From the IMG/VR virus record IMGVR_UViG_3300044723_005018, positions 1 through 42,608 of that record: a DNA stretch of 42,608 nt; one strand, written 5' to 3'. Both the position numbers and the translations under genes were made by a program. The notes below the pieces were generated by a model. It did not search any database. It was given only the letters and a program-made list of their open reading frames with translations, and had not been told where the DNA came from. Shown piece after piece: positions 26,878 to 35,048 of the stretch (positions within the stretch are counted from its first letter, which is position 1; every line of letters starts with the position of its first letter). The stretch is from a virus. Its lineage: Duplodnaviria > Caudoviricetes.

Positions 26878-27606
26878 TCATATATATATAACATCACAAC
26901 TAATCATCTGTTCATGCTTTGTGTGTTGTATCGTGTACCACATATCCACCCAATCGTCGTGTTGTTGTGGTCGTGCTTGAGTCACCGCCCAGTCACATTC
27001 ACTCACCAGCTTTCGAACATCATGTGGGCACCACGCGTGCATCTGCATGATCGGGAGTGTTGGGTCACACACGTGTGGTAATCTAGCAGGCAATTGAACG
27101 ATCAACACTCCTGTGTCACGAGTCACGCGGCACATCTGCTTGATCAGCTCCTCAACAGCCGCTGGTGGATTGTGTTGCAACGTGTGCCATGAGAACACCA
27201 GATCCACTGACGCGTCCGGTATGTTGTGCATGTCCATCACATCCAACATGGTCACGTTTGTCACTTGTTCACGTGACACTCGACGTGCCAGCAAGCGTCT
27301 CATGCTTGAGGCTATATCCACCGCCAGCACCTGCTCGCTCCAGCGGCTGATCGGAACAGTCACACGACCCTCACCAGCTCCCACGTGCAACACCACAGGC
27401 TTGTGTTCTGATGTCTCAGCATGCTTCAACCACCTGTCATGCAACCAGCTGGACTGGTTCACTCCTGCGCTTTCGAACTGTTTCACATGTCGACTCCAAT
27501 GATAATCACCAGCATCCGACATGCCTCTGGTGTCCATCGCCCAGCGTGGATTGATCAGTCCTAGCTGATTCCAGTAGTCACGCACCACATCACTTTGATC
27601 ATTCAC
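26878..27606 (-). CDS. class I SAM-dependent methyltransferase
   Basis: VLHVGAGEGR, AVDIA, DLVFSWHTLQH, TRDTGVLIVQ. Confidence 0.85.
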   Translation of the reverse strand: MNDQSDVVRDYWNQLGLINPRWAMDTRGMSDAGDYHWSRHVKQFESAGVNQSSWLHDRWLKHAETSEHKPVVLHVGAGEGRVTVPISRWSEQVLAVDIASSMRRLLARRVSREQVTNVTMLDVMDMHNIPDASVDLVFSWHTLQHNPPAAVEELIKQMCRVTRDTGVLIVQLPARLPHVCDPTLPIMQMHAWCPHDVRKLVSECDWAVTQARPQQHDDWVDMWYTIQHTKHEQMISCDVIYI

Positions 27607-28297
27607 GGATCGTGGTGTAAAACACTTGTGTCACGTGAGGGTTTGGTTGATCGATCCGTTCGTGCAACAGCTTCACTCCACACTGATCACACAAATATCT
27701 CACCTTGTCTGGAGAACACGCATGCATGCTCATCACCGCAGGTGAGTCTCTGCTGTCCGCATCAAACACGCGTGAGGGTGTTTGTATGATGGCCACTCCT
27801 CGGTCACGCAACAACATCAAGCACTTGCGTATCATGTGTGTCTGTGTTGCTGGTGGATTGTGTTGCAAGCAATGCAAGCTGTACACCAGATCATACGAGT
27901 GAGCCGGCAGTTGCTCAAACTCGACCGCATCAATCACACTGGTGTTGTGTATCTGGTGGTTCTGAAAATGTTCTGTGGCTAGTGTTCTGTAGCTTGCGGC
28001 TATATCCACAGCTGTCACGTGCGCGCTCCAGCTGGCCACGTGGCTCGTGAGCAAACCTGCTCCACATCCCAGATCCAACACACGTGGCCTGTCCACGCGT
28101 TTCTCTGGGTCCGGACATGCTTCCTGCCACTGATGAAACAGCCATGTGGCTCGTGCCTCCGCCTGAGCATGCAACTCGTGCATGTGTGTGTCCCAGTATC
28201 GATCCGTCTCATCTGATCCACCACGCGTGTTGGTGCCCCAGTGTGGATTGACCGATCCGATGTGATTCCAGTAGGCTTCTACATTGTTCATACCCAC
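27599..28297 (-). CDS. class I SAM-dependent methyltransferase (paralog of neighbour)
   Basis: VLDLGCGAG, AVDIA, DLVYSLHCLQHNPP. Confidence 0.85.
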   Translation of the reverse strand: MGMNNVEAYWNHIGSVNPHWGTNTRGGSDETDRYWDTHMHELHAQAEARATWLFHQWQEACPDPEKRVDRPRVLDLGCGAGLLTSHVASWSAHVTAVDIAASYRTLATEHFQNHQIHNTSVIDAVEFEQLPAHSYDLVYSLHCLQHNPPATQTHMIRKCLMLLRDRGVAIIQTPSRVFDADSRDSPAVMSMHACSPDKVRYLCDQCGVKLLHERIDQPNPHVTQVFYTTIRE

Positions 28298-28310
28298 ACT
28301 CGTGAGCTGA

Positions 28311-28853
28311 TCAATCGCTCAGACCGTAGAACTCTCGTTCCACTCCCACCAGCGCACGCCAGTAATCATCATCACTCCACGAGCTGAATGGTGCTGGTTG
28401 TTGATTGGTACCAGTGGCACACGCCTCCAGAATGGCTCGATCACGTCGCCAACAGTTGCGAAACCATCTCTCACGACCCATCTGTTGAAAATCCTGAACA
28501 GTGTTGCGTATGTACGTGTCCACATCATGTGTGACTTGTTCGTTGGCGGGCTCCTCTTCTGATTGATCCAGATCATCATCATCCTTGTTGGTCTCGCTGG
28601 CCGCACGCTTGCTTCGTTGAATCGCGTTGTCCACAGCACCCTTGTACTCGGTCTCCGGGTCCTCAAGCTTGCCGTTCTCGTTGTAATCCTTGTCCGCGAG
28701 CTTTTTCTCGTGGATCAGATCTGTCACAGGGGTCGCGTCTGACGCGGCAGCTGGTTCGGCAGCTGGTTCGGATTCGGTTGTGTTGGCTTCGACTCGTGGT
28801 TCACGACTCGCCATCAACCGCTCCCACATCACGCTGTCATCATTATTGTTCAT
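28311..28853 (-). CDS. acidic late protein (possible internal head protein) with EF-hand-like DYNENGKLE loop
   Basis: ATAAATA at 28859-28865; N-terminus DDSVMWE. Confidence 0.65.
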   Translation of the reverse strand: MNNNDDSVMWERLMASREPRVEANTTESEPAAEPAAASDATPVTDLIHEKKLADKDYNENGKLEDPETEYKGAVDNAIQRSKRAASETNKDDDDLDQSEEEPANEQVTHDVDTYIRNTVQDFQQMGRERWFRNCWRRDRAILEACATGTNQQPAPFSSWSDDDYWRALVGVEREFYGLSD

Positions 28854-28883
28854 AACATTATTTATCGTGTGGCGTGGTTATTT

Positions 28884-29477
28884 TCAAAGATCCGGGGTGT
28901 CTGTTTGAGCTGTGGCTCGTGTGGCTCTGCTGGCTGTTGCGGCCGCTTGTTTGACCAGCTTCACCAGTTGATCCACACGCGTGATGTCCCATGTCTCGAT
29001 CTTGATTCCGTGTTGTGTGTCCAGTTGAAGTGGATCATCCGCTTGTTGCTCGGATTGAAAATATGCCAGCGTGACACCCAACGGGTTATCCATAACCACC
29101 TGTCCTGTTAGCGATTTGAACATGTGTTGATTGCGTTTGAACACACGATTGATGTTTCGTCTGGTTCGTTCATGCTCCACATACAGATCAAGCGCGCCAT
29201 CCTCGAATAGTCTCATGTTGATACCATCATTTCTACCACCCTTGTAATCATCCGCACCCCACTCGTGGCGATGCACGCTTGGTTGAATCTCAAGATCCAC
29301 ATGATGCACGCGCTTCAATGGTCGTGATTGTCTGTCCCACGTGTCCATATCATAATTGTCTATGTGTTCGTTCATGAATCCTATGATCCATCCACGCTTG
29401 AGCAGCTGCTCCAACATCAGATGTGACCAGAATCTCGAACCATCACGCCAGTCTATACCATCATAATCCGTTGTCAT
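28884..29477 (-). CDS. late hypothetical protein ending TDTPDL
   Basis: ATAAATA at 29485-29491. Confidence 0.65.
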   Translation of the reverse strand: MTTDYDGIDWRDGSRFWSHLMLEQLLKRGWIIGFMNEHIDNYDMDTWDRQSRPLKRVHHVDLEIQPSVHRHEWGADDYKGGRNDGINMRLFEDGALDLYVEHERTRRNINRVFKRNQHMFKSLTGQVVMDNPLGVTLAYFQSEQQADDPLQLDTQHGIKIETWDITRVDQLVKLVKQAAATASRATRATAQTDTPDL

Positions 29478-29498
29478 ACACGTGTATTTATGCGTGTA

Positions 29499-29666
29499 TC
29501 ACAATTGTTGCTTGTTGGCAATCTTGATCGCTTGTTGTATGGTGTGTGTGAAACTCTTGTTTTGTTGCGCCAGTCGCTTGAATGTCTCCCAACTCACGCG
29601 AGGCAACGGAAGCTCGTTCCAGTGCATCAGGAGCTGTTTTCTCCATTGTTCTTGGTTGTGTTTCAT
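29499..29666 (-). CDS. small hypothetical protein (55 aa, leaderless; not in ORF track)
   Basis: MKHNQEQWRKQLLMHWNELP...NKQQL*; ATG 6 nt after the -10 box. Confidence 0.6.
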   Translation of the reverse strand: MKHNQEQWRKQLLMHWNELPLPRVSWETFKRLAQQNKSFTHTIQQAIKIANKQQL

Positions 29667-29672
29667 GCTCTA

Positions 29673-29702
29673 ATTATATGATGAGCAACATGATTGGGCA
29701 AC
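29673..29702 (-). promoter_or_regulatory. early sigma70-type promoter
   Basis: GTTGCCC-N17-TATAAT. Confidence 0.65.
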
Positions 29703-29995
29703 TACCAGTCAAGCGCCAACAACAATTGCTCCGGAGCATCTCGTAGTTTCTGCTCTTGTGCCAGAAACAAACAACCATCACCGTATCGTCTGTCCACCGG
29801 CATACCGCTCTTGTCAACACCTGGTCCGATGCTCTTCCATTGTGGCTCGAAGCTACAGTCCTCACGGTCTCTGCTGATGTACCGCACCTCGCTGTCCAGC
29901 TTGACAAATCCAGTGTGGATCGCTTCATCAAGCATCAATTGTAAATCTCTTACGGTTATCATGTTGTGGCTCGCTCTCGCACGTGTTCTGGCCAA
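29702..29995 (-). CDS. hypothetical protein (likely start MITVRDL at about 29962)
   Basis: Tiles between its neighbours. Confidence 0.55.
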   Translation of the reverse strand: MARTRARASHNMITVRDLQLMLDEAIHTGFVKLDSEVRYISRDREDCSFEPQWKSIGPGVDKSGMPVDRRYGDGCLFLAQEQKLRDAPEQLLLALDW

Positions 29996-30381
29996 CGCGC
30001 ATGCACGCTGGTGTTGGACATCAACAGGTCCATCAACGTGTCCTTGTCAGTACTCACATCAAAATCCACATATTTGTCGCCTTGCATGCCTGCCTCGCTG
30101 TAATTTATGCTATGTTCCGGTTTGGTCCACCCTCTGGCACGCAAACGAGCATGTAAAGTTTCAATGAACAGTTCGTCTGTGTATATCAATCCGTGTTTAT
30201 CAACATCCCACAATGCTGGATCAAAATAGAATCGTGCGTGTAACCAGCGATCCGGAGTGCCATCTGTGGCTGTGAAGTGCATCACACGAAACACCAGCTT
30301 GCCTGTGACATGTGGTGGTTGCTCGCGACCGCTCCACAAGCCATCACGGCCCACAGGTAATGTGTATGTTGTGTCACTCAT
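29959..30381 (-). CDS. conserved phage hypothetical protein
   Basis: WDVDKHGLIYTD...YSEAGMQGDKYVDFDV motif typical of phage early genes. Confidence 0.65.
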   Translation of the reverse strand: MSDTTYTLPVGRDGLWSGREQPPHVTGKLVFRVMHFTATDGTPDRWLHARFYFDPALWDVDKHGLIYTDELFIETLHARLRARGWTKPEHSINYSEAGMQGDKYVDFDVSTDKDTLMDLLMSNTSVHARWPEHVRERATT

Positions 30382-30658
30382 CTTCGTTGATGCTGTATCC
30401 GACCAGATGCGAGTGTAACTCGTTGATCATGTTGTCTCCGCCTTTGTTGTCAGCGAAAAAATGATATGCGTACGTGAGTACATTTTTAATGTCATGCTCT
30501 TTCCAGTCACGGATCTCGTCATAGATCTCGAATATGCTCAGATTCCAGTTCCAGCTTTCCACTGTGTCTTGCACGGTTTTGTTGTGTGACAGCAGTGGTC
30601 TGCTGCCCAGACGGTCCAGCACTTGTTGTCGTGCTTGTTTCATGTGAGTCGTTGCCAT
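30374..30658 (-). CDS. hypothetical protein
   Basis: AAAGGAA RBS upstream. Confidence 0.7.
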   Translation of the reverse strand: MATTHMKQARQQVLDRLGSRPLLSHNKTVQDTVESWNWNLSIFEIYDEIRDWKEHDIKNVLTYAYHFFADNKGGDNMINELHSHLVGYSINEDE

Positions 30659-30740
30659 GTTGTTCCTTTCGTTGATTGTTGAGATGTTGTTCTAGCATCA
30701 TGTCGTGTATTTCCATGTGCTTTTCGTATGTCATTATATA

Positions 30741-30770
30741 ATTGTATGATGATCAACTAGTTTTTGCAAC
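30741..30770 (-). promoter_or_regulatory. early sigma70-type promoter
   Basis: GTTGCAA-N17-TACAAT. Confidence 0.7.
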
Positions 30771-31097
30771 ATGTTTTTTTGAAGATGTGACAAAATCGAT
30801 CAATTCCATCGCGTGTGTCATCTTTTTGCTTCCCACATGCCACATGTGAGGTGTGTCTGGATCCTCTGGAGCGGGATTCTTGTAATCATATATAGCCACC
30901 GCTCCAACAGTCTCTCCATCATGTTGAATCTCCACATGCCACTCGTGAGTTGTTTTGTATTCATCGATGTAATCTGTTGAGAGTGGTTCATGAAACATCA
31001 TGTGCAACTCGCGCTTGGTCGCTACCATGTAATCGCTCAGACTAGCTCCACGGATCAATTTGCTAGGTTTTCTCTTGCTTACAAATGAGATTCTCAT
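30753..31097 (-). CDS. conserved phage hypothetical protein
   Basis: KTTHEW...AIYDYK...WHVGS motif. Confidence 0.7.
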   Translation of the reverse strand: MRISFVSKRKPSKLIRGASLSDYMVATKRELHMMFHEPLSTDYIDEYKTTHEWHVEIQHDGETVGAVAIYDYKNPAPEDPDTPHMWHVGSKKMTHAMELIDFVTSSKKHVAKTS

Positions 31098-31621
31098 ACA
31101 AAACTCTCCTGTTCACACCATTCATCTTCTGCCTCATCATGTTCATCTGCATCCAAGTCTCCGGTTGGTAGACTCAAATCACCCCAGAAAAAATCACCAT
31201 TCTCGCAGATCAATTCACCACGCAAGTGCTCAGCTTTCACAACATGTCCCATGGATTGATAATTGCCGATGAGTCCCTTCTTGTTCCAATGCTCGATCAA
31301 GCTCATGGGAATCACGCTCAATGTACCAGCATCAACACCCAGACTAGCCACTTTGTTGTCATTGACAAACAAAGGATAACAACCGTCGCCATATGCGGTG
31401 CTCCACAGATGAAAGCATAGACCAGCTTCCTCATCTTGTACTTCAGCAACATAATGATGTTTGTAATCTTTATCATGTTGATGCTTCTTGTCATATGCAG
31501 CCCAATTGGCGCACAACGCGTCCCAATATTGTTCTGGTACAACATAGCATGGGTCTCCTACCCAGTGATCGCATGCTGCGTCAATGTTCAAATCTCGATC
31601 TTTTGGTTTGCTGTAATGCAT
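31094..31621 (-). CDS. DUF4241-like phage protein
   Basis: VGDPCYV, TAYGDGCY, GVDAGTL; RBS AAAGGAA. Confidence 0.7.
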   Translation of the reverse strand: MHYSKPKDRDLNIDAACDHWVGDPCYVVPEQYWDALCANWAAYDKKHQHDKDYKHHYVAEVQDEEAGLCFHLWSTAYGDGCYPLFVNDNKVASLGVDAGTLSVIPMSLIEHWNKKGLIGNYQSMGHVVKAEHLRGELICENGDFFWGDLSLPTGDLDADEHDEAEDEWCEQESFV

Positions 31622-31654
31622 TTTGATTCCTTTCTGTTGATTGATTATACTACG

Positions 31655-31684
31655 ATTATATCATGATCAGTTGAAAACTGCAAC
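31655..31684 (-). promoter_or_regulatory. early sigma70-type promoter (cassette repeat copy 1)
   Basis: GTTGCAG-N17-TATAAT with TGn. Confidence 0.85.
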
Positions 31685-31710
31685 TCTGAATGTGTGTTCG
31701 TGTAAAAAAA

Positions 31711-31787
31711 TGGTGGGCCCTCTGGGACTTGAACCCAGAACCTACGGATTATGAGTCCGGTGCTCTGACCGATTGAGCTAAAGGCCC
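31711..31787 (-). tRNA. tRNA-Ile2 (CAT anticodon, lysidine type), CCA encoded
   Basis: GGGCCTTTAGCTCAATCGGTCAGAGCACCGGACTCATAATCCGTAGGTTCTGGGTTCAAGTCCCAGAGGGCCCACCA; cloverleaf; GACT-CAT-AATC arm like bacterial Ile2. Confidence 0.9.
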
Positions 31788-31793
31788 GCGACA

Positions 31794-32105
31794 TCATGCA
31801 CCAGCTCCGTGACGCTCCCAGCGTTCCAACTCGGCCGGACATCTGGCGATCATGTTGACGCGGCACAGGTAATGAAATGTTCCATTGAACTCATCATCAG
31901 TCATGCTGGCCACGATGTTGTGTAGTAGATTTTGTTTGAAATCCTCGCTGCAAGTCTCCAGAAGCCAGTCCAGCTTGTCGTATCTATCCATCTCGCGTAT
32001 TTGACTGTCACGTTCCGCAGCATACGCTTCATCGGCGTCTTGTGTTTCATGTTCCTTGATGTACTCTGCTAATTTTTTGTCTCCGTATGTGATGTAATCC
32101 GGCAT
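31794..32105 (-). CDS. hypothetical protein
   Basis: Own promoter and AAAGGAA RBS. Confidence 0.75.
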   Translation of the reverse strand: MPDYITYGDKKLAEYIKEHETQDADEAYAAERDSQIREMDRYDKLDWLLETCSEDFKQNLLHNIVASMTDDEFNGTFHYLCRVNMIARCPAELERWERHGAGA

Positions 32106-32139
32106 GATTGGTTCCTTTCTGTTAATTGATTATACTACA

Positions 32140-32169
32140 ATTGTAACATGAGCAGCTGAAAACTGCAAC
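32140..32169 (-). promoter_or_regulatory. early sigma70-type promoter (cassette repeat copy 2)
   Basis: GTTGCAG-N17-TACAAT with TGn. Confidence 0.85.
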
Positions 32170-32176
32170 TTTTGTT

Positions 32177-32671
32177 TCAATTTTTGAACCATTGAAATGT
32201 ACGATCACTCGCTTGTGTTCTCACAGCCATCCATCTGTCGCGTCTGTCTTTCGGTTCATATTGCAGCCCGTTCATGCTATGATACGCTCGAGGGCGGTGT
32301 TGTTTCACCCAGCTCCAGAAATCTAATCGACCGGTTTCGAAAAATTTAGCGTTGTATTTGCTCCAGTAATAATCATGACGCAACTGATGTAATCGATAGT
32401 CTCGCGTACGGTCTGACATCTGTTTACGATACCATCGCTCTTGTTCTAGACTCTTCACCGGTAATCGGATGAGTCTACGACTCTCGCGCATCAGGTAATC
32501 GATCTCATGCTCCTGTAAATCTACTAACTTCTGTATCCTCAATCGTGTCAATTCGATTTGCTCTCGGTTTTGCGGATGCGGCAGATCATGATTCAAACGG
32601 ATGATCAATCCACGTTGCGGATCGTACATCAATCCGTTACTCAGGTGCTTATAATACATGTCAATCACCAT
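32177..32671 (-). CDS. basic hypothetical protein
   Basis: 164-aa ORF. Confidence 0.6.
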   Translation of the reverse strand: MVIDMYYKHLSNGLMYDPQRGLIIRLNHDLPHPQNREQIELTRLRIQKLVDLQEHEIDYLMRESRRLIRLPVKSLEQERWYRKQMSDRTRDYRLHQLRHDYYWSKYNAKFFETGRLDFWSWVKQHRPRAYHSMNGLQYEPKDRRDRWMAVRTQASDRTFQWFKN

Positions 32672-32730
32672 TGATCATGTCGTGCACGACCAACCCTAAC
32701 AACATTATACACAACATGATAGAGAATATA

Positions 32731-33027
32731 TCAAGCATCACCATCCAGTATCTGCTGTGCTAATTGATGCACGGCATCCAAGCTCATCCAGCCTCGAACT
32801 TCATTACCGTCTTCAGCCAACATGGTGTCCCCGGTGCGAGTGTTCCACACACACACTTCGAAGCTTCCGCCGGATTGTCCATCACTCTTGTTCCAAAAAC
32901 CACTACCATAACAGTTGCCTCCGTAGCTCAAGCTTATAGTATACTCGTTCAACACATACTTGGCGTTGTACATCTCGGCTTCGGTACCAGCATAAGCTAC
33001 CGCGAAATCATCACTCGTGATGTTCAT
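32731..33027 (-). CDS. conserved phage hypothetical protein
   Basis: YTISLSYG..CYG...FEVCVW...EVRGWMS pattern. Confidence 0.65.
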   Translation of the reverse strand: MNITSDDFAVAYAGTEAEMYNAKYVLNEYTISLSYGGNCYGSGFWNKSDGQSGGSFEVCVWNTRTGDTMLAEDGNEVRGWMSLDAVHQLAQQILDGDA

Positions 33028-33356
33028 GACAATCCGTGTATGTATTGATCGTGTGCGAGGGCTTGTAAATAATTAACATCTTGCTTGTCGAGTCGTGTGC
33101 ATTCAGCGGCATGTTGTTTATCAGCATGCCTTTTAGGATTGGAACTCTCGCGATATGCTCCCAAGTCTGAACCATATTTGGATCTGTTCACATGCGCCAG
33201 AACCGCTTTGAATGCTGATTGAACATCTTGCATGAATTCTGGTGTACCCATTGCTGGAACGTGATCAATAATGTCGTTTGGATCGTACACGTTGAGCACA
33301 TCCAAAATGGTTTTGAAATCTTTGTCAGTTAATCCAGTCTTGCTGCATCTGTTCAT
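33024..33356 (-). CDS. hypothetical protein
   Basis: Own promoter and AAAGGT RBS. Confidence 0.7.
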   Translation of the reverse strand: MNRCSKTGLTDKDFKTILDVLNVYDPNDIIDHVPAMGTPEFMQDVQSAFKAVLAHVNRSKYGSDLGAYRESSNPKRHADKQHAAECTRLDKQDVNYLQALAHDQYIHGLS

Positions 33357-33389
33357 AAAATTACCTTTCTGTTAATTGATTATACTACG

Positions 33390-33419
33390 ATTGTAACATG
33401 ATCAGTTGAAAATTGCAAC
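33390..33419 (-). promoter_or_regulatory. early sigma70-type promoter (cassette repeat copy 3)
   Basis: GTTGCAA-N17-TACAAT with TGn. Confidence 0.85.
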
Positions 33420-33422
33420 AAT

Positions 33423-33650
33423 CTATTTGAATATATCATCTTCATCTGCAACATGATCACGGATGAACTTATCATACTCCGTCTGCATCTGATCGCACCG
33501 GACCTGGTGCATTTGCGACATTCCAATCAGCATGTTAAGCAATTCATCCTCTGAATATTTTTTAGGGGCGTCTCCAATCGCATGAATCACAACATCAATA
33601 TCAGATTGAACCTGCCGCATGCGGTCCATTGCTTGTTCTAAATTAGTCAT
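33423..33650 (-). CDS. hypothetical protein
   Basis: DELLNMLIGM motif; tiles with its neighbours. Confidence 0.7.
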   Translation of the reverse strand: MTNLEQAMDRMRQVQSDIDVVIHAIGDAPKKYSEDELLNMLIGMSQMHQVRCDQMQTEYDKFIRDHVADEDDIFK

Positions 33651-33651
33651 G

Positions 33652-34020
33652 TCATTTGCTATGATTGACTGCAGGATCCAGGTGATGTGATTCGTATCCT
33701 AGAATGTTACCGTCTTTGAATTGAACATAATATCTGGTGAACATTCTGGTTGGTTCATTTCCTCTATGCCAGTTGCTTCTGATACGTCCGCTTGGTAAGC
33801 ATGTGACCGCGATCACTTTGCCAACTTGCTTGGCTCGTGCTTGTTTAACTTTGCTCACATAACTGCTGTGTGATTTGATATCACCATTGACTGCTACAAA
33901 CTCACCAGCGAGAACGTCCGTGTTAACTTGAGCATAATCGTTCCGCTTGAATTTGCATTTAGGGTGTGACCAGCGAGCGGTTACTCGTGCTTTGATATCG
34001 TGTAAATTTTTGTATGCCAT
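33652..34020 (-). CDS. hypothetical protein (SH3/KOW-like)
   Basis: KFKRNDY..GKVIAV...RYYVQF..G..YESHHL; AAGGA RBS. Confidence 0.7.
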   Translation of the reverse strand: MAYKNLHDIKARVTARWSHPKCKFKRNDYAQVNTDVLAGEFVAVNGDIKSHSSYVSKVKQARAKQVGKVIAVTCLPSGRIRSNWHRGNEPTRMFTRYYVQFKDGNILGYESHHLDPAVNHSK

Positions 34021-34050
34021 ATGTGTCCTTTTTTTGATTGTTATACGATA

Positions 34051-34080
34051 ATGATAACATGATTTGACGAAAACTGCAAC
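34051..34080 (-). promoter_or_regulatory. early sigma70-type promoter
   Basis: GTTGCAG-N17-TATCAT with TGn. Confidence 0.8.
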
Positions 34081-34108
34081 TCTGAAATTTTTTTGGGCCT
34101 TAAATTTT

Positions 34109-34276
34109 GTATCTATCTCACGTACAACAACTTACAGAAAAGTCATGCATGACTTTCTCGTAACTAGTTTATTTATAACAGGTTACAAAGTTTTATGCTT
34201 TTGTTTCTCGTAACTCTTTCACGCTCAATAACATACACAAATACCAAACAGTTTGGTTTTTCTCTAACTCATTGAT
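34109..34276. repeat. array of three 27-bp quasi-palindromic GTAWCT-N..-TAC units (about 50-bp period) with an 18-bp perfect palindrome
   Basis: Units at 34109-34135, 34160-34186, 34210-34236; AAAGTCATGCATGACTTT at 34139-34156. Confidence 0.65.
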
Positions 34277-34676
34277 CTTGGGTTTTCAACTCCACAACCT
34301 CCCAGCGATTGTCGTAATTGAGTCTGAATGAACCGATGTAACCTTCCGCACCTGACATTGTCTCATGAGGTGCGAACAAGCTCAGTCGGTGTTGCATATT
34401 ATCACGCTTGTATAGATAATAGGGCTTTCCTATGACAGGCTTGAATCTCATCTCAGCATTAAACAATACGTCATTCCATCGAAACTCGTGTACTAATTGT
34501 TGGTATTTTTGTTTCAGGTCTTCGAACCGGTCTTCAAAATGTTTGTTGGCTGTGCCAATTGCTGCAAGTTTCCATCCACCCACATTGTCTGGTCGGATCA
34601 CCGGAGCAGCTCGATCACTAGCGTATGGTAGCGAGTGTGGATTATCAGCTACATCATCTGGTTTGTCTATCCCCAC
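34269..34676 (-). CDS. DUF2452 family protein
   Basis: LPYAS..AP..FKPVIGKPYYLY..LSLFAP..GSFRLNYDNRW. Confidence 0.7.
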   Translation of the reverse strand: MGIDKPDDVADNPHSLPYASDRAAPVIRPDNVGGWKLAAIGTANKHFEDRFEDLKQKYQQLVHEFRWNDVLFNAEMRFKPVIGKPYYLYKRDNMQHRLSLFAPHETMSGAEGYIGSFRLNYDNRWEVVELKTQDQ

Positions 34677-34852
34677 ACAGATGATTTGATGGGTAAAGCT
34701 ATCGCTCCGAAATTTAACACCACTCTGGTGAGTTTGTTCAGCTTGGATCTATTCTTGTTTAAATATGATATCATGTAGTTTTTGGAACGGAAATTTATAT
34801 GCTCTGTTTTGTTATGATCCATGTATGATATACTGTATTTGTATTTGCTCAC
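34667..34852 (-). CDS. small basic hypothetical protein
   Basis: GTGA coupling to the upstream small gene. Confidence 0.55.
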   Translation of the reverse strand: MSKYKYSISYMDHNKTEHINFRSKNYMISYLNKNRSKLNKLTRVVLNFGAIALPIKSSVWG

Positions 34853-35025
34853 TTGTTAAATATCCAACGATCCACATGATAGAATATATTGGCTCCAACA
34901 AATTGAAACGCTATCACACTCCACAATGTGCTCCAACCCAGATAGTCTTGAAAATACCACATGCATGGATAACATATAACAAAACCGCTTTGCCATCTGA
35001 TGTTGTATTTTAAATATCTGTTCAT
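34849..35025 (-). CDS. small membrane protein (58 aa, GtrA-like; not in ORF track)
   Basis: MNRYLKYNIRWQSGFVICYP...QFVGANIFYHVDRWIFNK*. Confidence 0.65.
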   Translation of the reverse strand: MNRYLKYNIRWQSGFVICYPCMWYFQDYLGWSTLWSVIAFQFVGANIFYHVDRWIFNK

Positions 35026-35048
35026 GGCGTGTTGTAGCTGATCGATTT

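Noticed and set aside
26878-28297. Methyltransferases as DNA MTases or DpdM (methyl-preQ1)
   Set aside because: No DNA-MTase catalytic motifs; 7.5 kb from the dpd cassette and apparently late-expressed; no positive evidence
30519-30734. 71-aa ORF starting 6 nt after promoter 30741-30770
   Set aside because: The leaderless start is plausible, but it overlaps 30374-30658 by 140 nt out of frame; possibly a leader or frameshifted remnant, so not called as a gene
22686-33048. Numerous 60-160 aa plus-strand and nested ORFs in the early region
   Set aside because: Antisense shadows of minus-strand genes; all promoters and RBSs point to the minus strand
31629-34080. Repeats as CRISPR or attC integron cassettes
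   Set aside because: They are fully explained as -35/-10/RBS modules separated by whole genes; no attC-like palindrome or integrase is present
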